In this document: piece after piece, positions 17,479 to 26,361 of the stretch
Position numbering within the stretch: position 1 is the stretch's first letter
Layout of the letters: every line of letters begins with the position of its first letter
NCBI GenBank assembly: GCA_016207585.1
Contig: JACQPI010000098.1
Span: 1 to 26,436 of the forward strand
Direction: 5' to 3'
Length of the DNA stretch: 26,436 bases
Source: Elusimicrobiota bacterium
GTDB taxonomy: Bacteria; Elusimicrobiota; Elusimicrobia; UBA1565; JACRDR01
The notes under the pieces: generated by a model
The model's input: only the letters and a program-made list of their open reading frames with translations
What the model was told of the DNA's origin: nothing
Databases searched by the model: none
Made by a program: the position numbers and the translations under genes

Positions 17479-17966
17479 GGCAATCCCGCGCCTGTGAGTA
17501 AGCGCATCGCGCGGCGGCCGCATCCCGATATTCGCAGGGATCGGGCGGCTCCGCGACGCAGGCTTAGAAACCGGATATCCAGACGATCGTCCGGCAGCAG
17601 CGCCCGGGCCGCCTGGGGCCATTCGATGAGGCATGTCCATCGACCCTCCAGGAGGTATTCTTCCAATCCCAAATCCGCGATCTCGTCGCCGGCGACTCGA
17701 AAAAGGTCGGCATGGCAAATCCGCCGGCCGGCGGCTCGGTATTCCCGCACCAAGCCGAAGCTGGGGCTCGCCACGCCCTTGCGGCATCCCAACGCTCGCG
17801 CGAAACCCCGCACGAACGTCGTCTTGCCGCTGCCCAGGGGGCCGCGCAGACACAGCACGTCCCCGGGCCGGCTTCTACGGGCCAAACGCCCCGCGATGTC
17901 CTGCGTTTCCTCCGGCGAACGCGCTACGAGGCGCAAGACTCTCTCTTTCCATCTCAACGATGTCAC
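17475..17966 (-). CDS. tsaE: tRNA t6A biosynthesis ATPase TsaE
   Basis: GPLGSGKTTF, ASPSF.LVREY, HADLFR, LIEWP. Confidence 0.94.
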   Translation of the reverse strand: MTSLRWKERVLRLVARSPEETQDIAGRLARRSRPGDVLCLRGPLGSGKTTFVRGFARALGCRKGVASPSFGLVREYRAAGRRICHADLFRVAGDEIADLGLEEYLLEGRWTCLIEWPQAARALLPDDRLDIRFLSLRRGAARSLRISGCGRRAMRLLTGAGLP

Positions 17967-17978
17967 CGGAGAAACTCC

Positions 17979-18887
17979 CTAGCCCAAGCGCTGAAAGGCG
18001 GCTGGAAGCGCCTCGATCACGTCCGAGGCGAGCAGGGAGAACTGGGTTTTTTCGCGAACCGCGATGTCCGCGCTGAGACCGTGAAGGAAAACCCCCAAGG
18101 CCGCCGCCTCGAAACCGCCGTCTCGCCCTTTCCCCGACGCGAGGCGCTGCCCCCCCAAAGCGGCGATGATACCCGTCAATACGTCTCCGCTCCCCCCTTT
18201 GGCGAGTCCCGGATTGCCCGTCGGATTGATCGCGACGCGCTTGCCGTCCGTCACCACGGTCGCATGTCCTTTCAAGGCGCACACGATCCCCAGTTCCCGC
18301 GCCAATCCGACCGCAGCCGCGACGCGGCCCGCCTGGACCGCGCGCGGCGACGTCGCGCACAGGCGGGCCATCTCGCCCGGATGCGGCGTCAGGATGCCGG
18401 GAGCCCCGTCCCGAGCGAGCAGACGACGGAGCGTTCGGCGCGGCTCGAGCGCCAGGATGTTGAGCGCGTCGGCATCCAAGACCGTCGGGATGCGCAGCGC
18501 TTCCAGGATCGACAAAACCGCCGCGCGGGCGCCGGTCGATATGCCGGGACCCAGGGCAAGCACCGAGTAGCGGCGCTTTGAATGCAACCGCCTCAAGAGC
18601 GTCGCCGCAGCGCCGGAAATGATTCCTTGGCGAGTCTGAGGCAAGGCCGACGTTAAAACCTCGGGGGCAAATCCCGCCGCGGCCGCCTGTTGCCCTTCGG
18701 GCACTCCCAAGGTGACGAGACCCGCCCCGCAGCGCAGGGCCGCGCGCGCCGCCAACGCGGCCGCCCCCACCATCCCCCGGGATCCTCCCACGATCAAAAC
18801 GTGGCCGAAATCGCCCTTATGCGCCGCGAGTTCGCGCCGGACGAGCCAGCGCCTTACGGCGGCGCGCGACAGGCGTCGAGACCTCAT
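17979..18887 (-). CDS. nnrD: ADP-dependent NAD(P)H-hydrate dehydratase (YjeF C-terminal domain only)
   Basis: HKGDFGHVLIVGGS, AALRCGAGLVT, LDADALN, ILTPHPGEMARL, LAKGGSGDVLTG; ATG 18887 overlaps the glmS stop. Confidence 0.93.
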   Translation of the reverse strand: MRSRRLSRAAVRRWLVRRELAAHKGDFGHVLIVGGSRGMVGAAALAARAALRCGAGLVTLGVPEGQQAAAAGFAPEVLTSALPQTRQGIISGAAATLLRRLHSKRRYSVLALGPGISTGARAAVLSILEALRIPTVLDADALNILALEPRRTLRRLLARDGAPGILTPHPGEMARLCATSPRAVQAGRVAAAVGLARELGIVCALKGHATVVTDGKRVAINPTGNPGLAKGGSGDVLTGIIAALGGQRLASGKGRDGGFEAAALGVFLHGLSADIAVREKTQFSLLASDVIEALPAAFQRLG

Positions 18888-20758
18888 TCCACCGTGACGC
18901 TCTTGGCGAGATTTCGCGGCTGGTCGACGTCGCAGCCGCGCAGATCGGCGACATGATAGGCCAAAAGTTGAAGAGGAACGGCGTTCGCGATCGGAGAAAG
19001 AAACTCCGGCATCGAGGGCAACGGCAAGGACCAATCCGCCAGGCGACGCGCCCGATCGTCCCCTTCGGTATGGACCACGATCAGGGACGCTCCTCGGGCC
19101 TTAGCTTCCTGGATATTGGATAATATCTTATCCAAAATCTTCGAACGGGTCGCGATCGCCACGACGGGCATGTCGGAATCGATCAAGGCGATCGGTCCGT
19201 GCTTCATTTCTCCGGCCGCGTATCCCTCGGCGTGGATATACGAGATTTCCTTGAGTTTCAGCGCCCCTTCCAGCGCGATCGGATAATTGAGATCGCGCCC
19301 GAAGAAGAGGACGTGATCCTTCTTGACGAGCCGCCGAGCGGCCTCCTGAACCCGCGCGTCCAGCTTCAAGGCATCCCGAATGAAGCCCGGAAGCTTCACC
19401 AGTTCGTCCACCCAAACCCGCGCCTCGGTCTCGCTCATGCTCCCCCGCGCCAATGCGACGTGGAGCGTCAGCAGGTACAGCGCCGTCACCTGGCCGATGA
19501 AGGCCTTTGTGGAAGCGACCCCCATCTCAGGACCGCAGCGCGTATAAAAATTGAAATCGCTGGCGCGTGTCAGCGCGGAACCCAAGACGTTGCAGACCGC
19601 CAGGACTTTAGCCCCCGCGGATTTAGCCAGCTTGACGGCCGCCAAGGTGTCGGCCGTTTCTCCGGACTGGCTGACCGCAATCACCAACGTTTCAGGGCCT
19701 ATGAGCGGTTCGCGATAGCGGAACTCGGAGGCGACCTCGGCCTCCACGGGCAAGCGGGCGTGGCGTTCCAGGAGATAGCGGCCGATCAGGCCTGCGTGGT
19801 AGGCGGTCCCGCACGCGATGATCCGCACGCGAGAGATCGACCGGAGATACTTCTCCGTGATGCCCGTCTCTTTCTCGAGAAGCCCGCCCGTCAAAGGGAA
19901 CAACCGTCCGCCCAGCGTGTCTTCCACGGATTGCGGCTGCTCGTGAATTTCCTTTAGCATGAAATGACGGTAACCGGTCTTCTCCGCCATCGTCCGGTCC
20001 CAGGAGATCTGCGTCGGCTGTTTTTCGACGCGTTTGCCGTCGACGCGGAAAAATCGCGATCCCTCGGTCCCCAAGACCGCGATCTCCCCGTCTTCGAGAA
20101 ACACCGCCCGGCGGGTATAGTCCATGAAGGCCGGAACATCCGAGGCCACGAAGGCCTCTCCCTCCCCTAGCCCCACGACGAGCGGCGATGCCGTCTTGGC
20201 GGCGATCAAGCAGCCGGGCGCCTCGGCCCACAGGACCGCCAGGGCGTAGGCCCCCTGCATCTCCGAAACGGCCTGGCGCACCGCTTCGAAAAACGCGGGC
20301 TCTCTAAGATCGGGAGCGGAGGAACCCCGACCCCGAGCGGCCGCCGCGAGCTTTTCTTCGATGAGATGCGCAACGACCTCCGTATCCGTTTCGGAACGAA
20401 ACTCGTGTTTGCGTTCCTGAAGTTCCGTCCTCAAGGCGAGATAGTTCTCGACGATTCCGTTATGAATGACGACAAGTTTTTGAGAGCAGTCGGTATGGGG
20501 ATGCGCGTTCTCTTCGCAGGGGCGGCCATGGGTGGCCCAGCGCGTATGACCGATCCCCATGCGTCCCTGGAGAGGCTCTTGGGCGACCCGCGCCGTCAAA
20601 CTGGAGAGCTTCCCGACGCTGCGGCGCAGGTGGATCGCACCCCCGTTGAGGACGGCGACGCCGGCCGAATCGTAACCGCGGTATTCGAGACGCCTCAAAC
20701 CTTCCAGCAGGATCGGCGTCGCGTCTCTGGATCCGATATAGCCGATGATCCCGCACAT
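18884..20758 (-). CDS. glmS: Glutamine--fructose-6-phosphate aminotransferase
   Basis: Met-Cys start MCGIIG (ATG 20758), LEYRGYDSAG, GHTRWATHG, SQSGETADT, YAAGEMKHGP, DQPRNLAKSVTVE. Confidence 0.98.
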   Translation of the reverse strand: MCGIIGYIGSRDATPILLEGLRRLEYRGYDSAGVAVLNGGAIHLRRSVGKLSSLTARVAQEPLQGRMGIGHTRWATHGRPCEENAHPHTDCSQKLVVIHNGIVENYLALRTELQERKHEFRSETDTEVVAHLIEEKLAAAARGRGSSAPDLREPAFFEAVRQAVSEMQGAYALAVLWAEAPGCLIAAKTASPLVVGLGEGEAFVASDVPAFMDYTRRAVFLEDGEIAVLGTEGSRFFRVDGKRVEKQPTQISWDRTMAEKTGYRHFMLKEIHEQPQSVEDTLGGRLFPLTGGLLEKETGITEKYLRSISRVRIIACGTAYHAGLIGRYLLERHARLPVEAEVASEFRYREPLIGPETLVIAVSQSGETADTLAAVKLAKSAGAKVLAVCNVLGSALTRASDFNFYTRCGPEMGVASTKAFIGQVTALYLLTLHVALARGSMSETEARVWVDELVKLPGFIRDALKLDARVQEAARRLVKKDHVLFFGRDLNYPIALEGALKLKEISYIHAEGYAAGEMKHGPIALIDSDMPVVAIATRSKILDKILSNIQEAKARGASLIVVHTEGDDRARRLADWSLPLPSMPEFLSPIANAVPLQLLAYHVADLRGCDVDQPRNLAKSVTVE

Positions 20759-20772
20759 GCCGGTGTCCGGGA

Positions 20773-21504
20773 CTATCCAGCCCCGGCGATGATTTTTTTC
20801 ATATCGCCCACCGCGGCGCGCAGGCCCGTGAAAAGCGCCCGTGAAATTATCGAAAATCCGATATTCAGGCACGCGACGTGCGGAATGCGGGCCACCGCGG
20901 CTACATTGTGGTAATCCAGGCCGTGTCCCGCATGGAGGCCCAGCCGGAGTTCATGCGCCAGATATCCGGCCAACTCCAAGCGCTCCAGCTCGAACTCCTG
21001 CCGGTGACGGCCCAGGGTCCGGGCGTACTGCGACGTGCACAACTCCACCGTATCCGCGCCGAGATTCTTGGCCAGACGCACGCCGGCGGCCTCCGGGTCG
21101 ATGAACAGGCTCACCTCCATCCCCGCGCGGCGCAACCGCGAAATCGCCTTTTCCAGACTCTTCGCAGGGTCGGTCTTCTTGAGATCCAGCCCGCCCCGAG
21201 TCGTCACCTCGTCTTGGCTTTCCGGAACGATGCACACTGAATCCGGATGCAGCCTGGAGGCGATCGCCACCATCTCCGCCGAGGCGGCCATCTCCAGATG
21301 GAGTTGGAATTTCCCGCCTTTGCGAAGCCGGGAGAGATCGGCCTCCTGGATATGGCGTCGGTCGTGCCGCAGATGCGTTACGATCAGATCGGCCCCCGCC
21401 GTTTTGCATACGCGCGCGGCCGCCAAAGGATCCGGCTCCACTTCTCGCCGGGCCTGCCGGAGCGTCGCGACATGGTCTATGTTGACTCCGAGTTTAATGG
21501 ACAT
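20773..21504 (-). CDS. pdxJ: Pyridoxine 5'-phosphate synthase
   Basis: LGVNIDHVATLRQAR, HLR.DRRHI, LEMA, VSLFIDP, AGHGL; GGGAGA SD before ATG 21504. Confidence 0.93.
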   Translation of the reverse strand: MSIKLGVNIDHVATLRQARREVEPDPLAAARVCKTAGADLIVTHLRHDRRHIQEADLSRLRKGGKFQLHLEMAASAEMVAIASRLHPDSVCIVPESQDEVTTRGGLDLKKTDPAKSLEKAISRLRRAGMEVSLFIDPEAAGVRLAKNLGADTVELCTSQYARTLGRHRQEFELERLELAGYLAHELRLGLHAGHGLDYHNVAAVARIPHVACLNIGFSIISRALFTGLRAAVGDMKKIIAGAG

Positions 21505-22870
21505 GTGCTTGTATCTCCCTAAGGAACGTCTCCGTGATTTCATTGGAAATGCGCCGGATCGAGCGCCGGTCCGGCCCTTCGACAAGGATTCGAATCAGGG
21601 GCTCGGTTCCCGAATATCTCACGAGGACCCTTCCATCCCCGTGCAGCCGCCTTTCGCAATCCCGGATGCAGCGCCGCAACCGGGGCATCTCCTCCAAAGG
21701 AACCTGATTTTCGACGCGGATGCTGCGCAAAACCTGAGGGTAGTTTTGGAACCGCTTCCGGAAACGGCTCAAAGGCAGGCCGGAGCGGACCAGGATCGCC
21801 AGGATCTGCAGGGCCGTGAGAAGGCCGTCTCCCGTCGGGCCGAACCGTCGGAAAATGATGTGCCCGGAGGATTCGCCGCCCAAGCCGAGCCCCTCCTGGT
21901 CGAGCGCTTCCGAAACGTTGCGGTCTCCCACCGGCACCTGAACCGCGCCGATTCCCCCCTCCTCCAGGAATCGAATCATGCCGTAGTTCGACATGACCGT
22001 CAGCGCGATCTTTCCTCCGGGCAAGGCCCGCCTCTCCTGGAGGTCGGTGGCCGCCATCGACAACAAAACGTCGCCGTCGCAAGGCGCCCCCTCCTCATCG
22101 GCGAAAATGACCCGGTCCGCGTCGCCGTCGAATGCGGCCCCGCAGCCGCATCGGCGGCGCCGAATCTCCTCCCGCAGCGCCCGGATATCCAGCGCCCCGC
22201 AGCCGCGATTGATATTGCGGCCGTTCGGGGAGCAACCGATCGCGAATACCTCGGCCCCAAGCTCCCGCAGCAGCCGGGGCGCGACACGATACGCGGAGCC
22301 GTTGGCGCAGTCGACCGCCAGCCGCACGCCCGACAGGTCCAAATTCACCGGAAAGGTGCTTTTCAAAAAATCGAAATAATCCCGCTCGGCCGCAGGATCC
22401 GCGATCAAACGCGCGGGACGCCCCCGGGGATCGGGCATATCCTGAAGGCGATCCTCGATCTCCCGCTCCGTCTCCAAGCTCAGCTTGAACCCTTCGCCCG
22501 CAAAAAATTTGATCCCGTTGAATTCCGCGGGGTTATGGCTGGCCGACACCATGACGCCGCATAACGCGCCGCGCCGGGGGACGAGGTACGCCAACGCCGC
22601 GGTCGGGATAATTCCCGCATCCAAAACCGCGAAGCCCGCCTTGGCCATTCCCTGCGCCAACTGGCGCATAAGGCCAAGTCCCGAAGCCCGCGGATCGCGT
22701 CCCATCAAGATGCCCGGGAGGGAGCCGTTCCTCGCGCGTGCCGGCTCCCCTCGTCGCCGCCTCAGAACCGTCGCCGCGGCGTAGCCGACGCGGCGAACCA
22801 TCTCCGACGTGAGCGGATAGCGTCCCGGGATTCCCCGGATGCCATCGGTGCCGAAAAGCCGAAGGCTCAC
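21494..22870 (-). CDS. glmM: Phosphoglucosamine mutase
   Basis: LFGTDGIRG, SASHNP (phosphoserine), AFDGDADR, GGESSGH, RYSGTEP; GGGAGG SD and GTGA overlap with folP. Confidence 0.97.
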   Translation of the reverse strand: MSLRLFGTDGIRGIPGRYPLTSEMVRRVGYAAATVLRRRRGEPARARNGSLPGILMGRDPRASGLGLMRQLAQGMAKAGFAVLDAGIIPTAALAYLVPRRGALCGVMVSASHNPAEFNGIKFFAGEGFKLSLETEREIEDRLQDMPDPRGRPARLIADPAAERDYFDFLKSTFPVNLDLSGVRLAVDCANGSAYRVAPRLLRELGAEVFAIGCSPNGRNINRGCGALDIRALREEIRRRRCGCGAAFDGDADRVIFADEEGAPCDGDVLLSMAATDLQERRALPGGKIALTVMSNYGMIRFLEEGGIGAVQVPVGDRNVSEALDQEGLGLGGESSGHIIFRRFGPTGDGLLTALQILAILVRSGLPLSRFRKRFQNYPQVLRSIRVENQVPLEEMPRLRRCIRDCERRLHGDGRVLVRYSGTEPLIRILVEGPDRRSIRRISNEITETFLREIQAHVH

Positions 22871-23772
22871 GCGGGCCTCCCGTCACAACGCCCCGCCCGG
22901 ACCGCCTCGAAAACGCGCAGCGCCCGACGTGTCGCGCGCACGTCGTGGACCCGAAGGACTTGGGCCCCCTGCGAGGCCGCCCAGCAGGCCGTGGCCAAGG
23001 AACCCTCCAGGCGTTCTTCGGGGACAAGCGGCGACTCGGCGCCCCCCAAGAGACGCCCGATAAAAGACTTGCGTGAAGCGCCCACCACGATCGGCCGCTC
23101 CAGACGCCCGAATTCCCCCAACCGCCTCAAAATCTCCACGTTGTGCTCAACGGTTTTTCCGAAACCGATTCCAGGGTCTATCCAAACTCGCGAGACATCC
23201 CCTCCGCCTGCGACGAAAGAAGCGATGCGTTCCTCGAAGAACTCGCAGAGGTCCTTCACCACGTCGCCGTATCGGGGGTCTTGCTGCATGTTCCTAGGGG
23301 ATCCCCGCATATGCATCAGGATGACGCAGGGGTATTCCAGCGCGACCCGCATCATGCCGGGGTCTCCCCGCAGCGCGGTCACGTCGTTGAGTATCCGGGC
23401 TCCGGCGGCCAGAGCCTCGCGCGCCACGGCCGCCTTCGACGTATCCACGGACAGCGGTCAGGACAGCCTCCTCGACAACACTCGGATCACAGTAATAACT
23501 CGAAGGCGCTCCTCGACCTCCGAGATCGGCGCGGCGCCGGGACGCGTCGATTCGCCGCCGATGTCTAAGAAATCCGCGCCTTCCTCCGCAAGCGACCGCG
23601 CTTGCCGCAAGGCCTCCTCCAAGGCGGCCTCTGTCCCCGCCCTCCCATCCACGCGGCCGGCGGAGTAGAAGGAGTCCGGCGTGACGTTAAGGATCCCTAA
23701 AATACGGGCCGCGCGCGGCTCGCTGGCCGGGGGCAGGAGAAGAGAATTTTTGAAGGCGGTCTGGCTTCCCAT
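22867..23772 (-). pseudogene. folP: Dihydropteroate synthase interrupted by one in-frame TGA at codon 105 (23458-23460): pseudogene, assembly error or recoded stop
   Basis: The two ORF-track pieces (23458-23775 and 22867-23448) are in the same frame and read ...VLSRRLS*PLSVDTSK...; GILNVTPDSF, DIGGESTRPG, NDV, LMHM, DPGIGFGK, GASRKSF and RVHDV are all intact. Confidence 0.9.
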
Positions 23773-25577
23773 CAAGCTCCCGCGAAAATCGCATTGAGCT
23801 CCTCGGCCTCGATAAGCTCCTTTTCGATGAGCCGTTCCGCCAGCACGTCAAGCACTTTCTTGTTTTTCTTCAGGAGCTCCCTCGCACGCTCCTGGCACTC
23901 ACCCATGATGCGCTTAACCTCTTCGTCGATGGCCTGCGCGGTCGACTCCGAGTAGCCGGGTCCGCGAGAGATGTCTCGCCCGAGGAATATCTCTTCGTTC
24001 GCCTTGCGAAACGCGATGGGACCCAGCCTCTCGCTCATGCCGAACTCGGTGACCATCTTCTGGGCGAAGGTCGTCGCCTTGGAAAGGTCGTCGCAAGCGC
24101 CGGTCGTGACCTCCTGAAAGACGAACTCCTCGGCGCACCGCCCGCCCAAGAGAACGCACAGACGATTGAGAATCTCCTGGCGCGAGGTCAGATAGCGGTC
24201 TTCCGTCGGCAGCTGGAGCGTGAATCCCAAGGCCGGACCGCGCGGGATGATCGTCACCTTGTGCACGGGATCGGTGTTGGGCAGCAGCTTGGCGACGAGC
24301 GTATGGCCCGACTCGTGGTAGGCGATGACCTTCTTTTCCCGGTCCTGGATCATGCGGCTCTTGCGCTGCGGCCCGGCGATGACGCGGTCTATCGCCTCCT
24401 CCAATTCATGCAGCTCGACATGCGGCTTGTTGCGACGCGCCGCGAGGAGCGCCGCTTCGTTGACCAGGTTGGCTAGGTCGGCTCCGACGAAGCCGGGAGT
24501 CCGGCGGGCGATCACGGACAGGTCGACCTCCGGGGAAAGCTTGACCCCGCGGGCATGCACCTTCAGAATCGCCTCCCGCCCCTTGATATCCGGGCTGGAC
24601 ACGTTGATATGCCGGTCGAAGCGGCCGGGCCTGAGCAAGGCCGGATCGAGGACGTCCGGCCGATTGGTCGCGCCGATGAAGATGACCCCTTCCTTGGTTT
24701 CAAAACCGTCCAGCTCCACCAGGATTTGGTTCAAGGTTTGCTCGCGTTCGTCGTGTCCCCCGCCGATTCCAGCGAACCGATGGCGCCCCACGGCGTCGAG
24801 CTCATCGACGAAGATCACGGCGGGAGCGCTCTTCTTCGCCTGCTCGAACAAATCACGCACGCGCGCCGCTCCGACCCCCACGAACATCTCCACGAACTCG
24901 GACCCGGAGGAGGAGAAGAAAGGAACGCCGGCCTCCCCCGCCACGGCGCGGGCCAGAAGCGTCTTGCCGGTTCCCGGAAGGCCGTAGAGAAGCACCCCCT
25001 TGGGGATCTTACCTCCCAAGCGCTGGAACTTTTGCGGGTCTTTCAAAAATTCGATGATTTCCTGGAGCTCCTCCTTCGCCTCGTCGCAGCCCGCTACGTC
25101 CGCGAACGTGTATTTCTTGGTTTTCGCGCTCTGCAGCTTGGAACGCGAGCGTCCGAAGGCAAGCGCCTGCTTGCCCCCCACCTGCACCTGGCGGATGACG
25201 AAAACCCACCACAGCCCGATGAATAAAATAACCCAGCCTACGTTGATGAGAACCGCGGTGACCCAGCTGCGGTCGGGCTCGCCCTGGAAATGCTTCACCT
25301 GATTGCTCTCGAGCTCCGACACGAGATTCGGATCCGGCAGCGGGATCGTCCGGAAACGATGGGAGTTGCCCTTTTCGTCCTTGAATTGCCCGCGGATGAG
25401 GTCCGGGCGCATGGTCACCTCGCTGATCTGCTTCGCCTTCAAACGCTGCTTAAAAGCGGAATACGGCAGATCCTCCTCGCCGCCCATCTCCTTAAGGCTT
25501 TGGAAAAGCGCCACCAAAAGGAACAGGGCGAGGATCCAGGGAATCAACTGCTTGAGGTTTCGTGTTAATGGATTCAT
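23772..25577 (-). CDS. ftsH: ATP-dependent zinc metalloprotease FtsH
   Basis: Two N-terminal TMs, Walker A GLPGTGKT, Walker [35 protein letters not shown] zinc motif. Confidence 0.98.
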   Translation of the reverse strand: MNPLTRNLKQLIPWILALFLLVALFQSLKEMGGEEDLPYSAFKQRLKAKQISEVTMRPDLIRGQFKDEKGNSHRFRTIPLPDPNLVSELESNQVKHFQGEPDRSWVTAVLINVGWVILFIGLWWVFVIRQVQVGGKQALAFGRSRSKLQSAKTKKYTFADVAGCDEAKEELQEIIEFLKDPQKFQRLGGKIPKGVLLYGLPGTGKTLLARAVAGEAGVPFFSSSGSEFVEMFVGVGAARVRDLFEQAKKSAPAVIFVDELDAVGRHRFAGIGGGHDEREQTLNQILVELDGFETKEGVIFIGATNRPDVLDPALLRPGRFDRHINVSSPDIKGREAILKVHARGVKLSPEVDLSVIARRTPGFVGADLANLVNEAALLAARRNKPHVELHELEEAIDRVIAGPQRKSRMIQDREKKVIAYHESGHTLVAKLLPNTDPVHKVTIIPRGPALGFTLQLPTEDRYLTSRQEILNRLCVLLGGRCAEEFVFQEVTTGACDDLSKATTFAQKMVTEFGMSERLGPIAFRKANEEIFLGRDISRGPGYSESTAQAIDEEVKRIMGECQERARELLKKNKKVLDVLAERLIEKELIEAEELNAIFAGA

Positions 25578-25580
25578 GGT

Positions 25581-26141
25581 TCAAGAGGGCTCTTTATACA
25601 CTCCTACATGCGGCAAGTTGCGGTAGCGCTCGTTGAAATCCAGCCCGTAACCGACGACGAACTCATTCGGTATCTGGAATCCAACGTATTTCGGCTTGAC
25701 CGCGGTTTTTCGGCGCGACGGTTTGTCCAGGAATGCGCATACCTCCAAGGTCTTCGGCCGGCGAGTCTTGAGATTCTGGAACAAATAGCTCAAGGTCAAG
25801 CCCGTGTCGACGACATCTTCCACCAGCAAGAGATCCCGCCCCTCCGGATTCTTTTGCAAGTCCAGCAACAGCTGGACGACCCCGGAGGAGGTCGTCCCGG
25901 AATACGATGAGAGCGAGATAAAATCTATGGAACAGGGGATCGTGATTCGCCGCACCAAGTCGGCCAAGAACACGACGCTTCCCTTCAAGACGCCGATCAG
26001 CAGCAGATCCCGCCCCGCATAATCCTCCGATATCTGCCTCCCCAATTCTTCGACGCGCCCGGCGATCCGGGGCGCTGGAATGAGAATGCGGTCAATCCCG
26101 GCCGGGAGCGCTTCCTTCCCGGCCGAAGCTTTTGAAGTCAT
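25581..26141 (-). CDS. hpt: Hypoxanthine phosphoribosyltransferase
   Basis: IGVLKGSVVFLADL, LLVEDVVDTGLTL, EFVVGYGLDFNERYRNLP. Confidence 0.97.
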   Translation of the reverse strand: MTSKASAGKEALPAGIDRILIPAPRIAGRVEELGRQISEDYAGRDLLLIGVLKGSVVFLADLVRRITIPCSIDFISLSSYSGTTSSGVVQLLLDLQKNPEGRDLLLVEDVVDTGLTLSYLFQNLKTRRPKTLEVCAFLDKPSRRKTAVKPKYVGFQIPNEFVVGYGLDFNERYRNLPHVGVYKEPS

Positions 26142-26150
26142 AACTTTGAG

Positions 26151-26258
26151 AGACGGCCAGCGCTCCCCCTACGGCAACGCCTCGGGGATCTCGACGCAAC
26201 ACGTCCGATCGCGCTCTATGAGGACGAGGGGGGCCTGAGGAACGCTCTTCAACCGTCT
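26151..26258 (-). ncRNA. Candidate structured 5' leader RNA of the hpt operon (family not recognised)
   Basis: Hand folding gives about 37 bp in 108 nt; the 5' and 3' ends pair; four G-U pairs on the minus strand would be A-C mismatches on the plus strand; 5' end coincides with the predicted TSS. Confidence 0.55.
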
Positions 26259-26265
26259 GTGTAGT

Positions 26266-26294
26266 AGGGTAACTAAATCCAGCCATAAAATCAA
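26266..26294 (-). promoter_or_regulatory. Sigma70-type promoter of the hpt-ftsH-folP-glmM operon
   Basis: TTGATT (26294-26289), 17-nt spacer, TACCCT (26271-26266) in an AT-rich patch; predicted TSS about 26260-26258. Confidence 0.6.
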
Positions 26295-26361
26295 GATTTC
26301 GACCTAAAATTCCGGATCTCGACATGACGTGTTAAAAAGACTGCTTCACCCAGTTTTTTAT

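Noticed and set aside
20759-20772. glmS ribozyme
   Set aside because: Only 14 nt separate pdxJ and glmS; no ribozyme core motif is visible.
18884-21585. Extended N-termini in the ORF track for glmS (20872), pdxJ (21585), nnrD (19034), tsaB (17853), pmbA (8831) and the permease (5251)
   Set aside because: They run into upstream genes; downstream starts match family N-termini, SD sites or stop/start overlaps, and GlmS needs Cys at position 2.
22867-23772. Genome-wide TGA reassignment (code 4 or 25) as the explanation for folP
   Set aside because: Most genes here end in TGA at the expected family length, many in ATGA/GTGA overlaps.
26092-26325. 77-aa ORF as a leader peptide for hpt
   Set aside because: Starts upstream of the predicted promoter, crosses the AT-rich promoter and the folded leader, and overlaps hpt out of frame; no informative codon runs.
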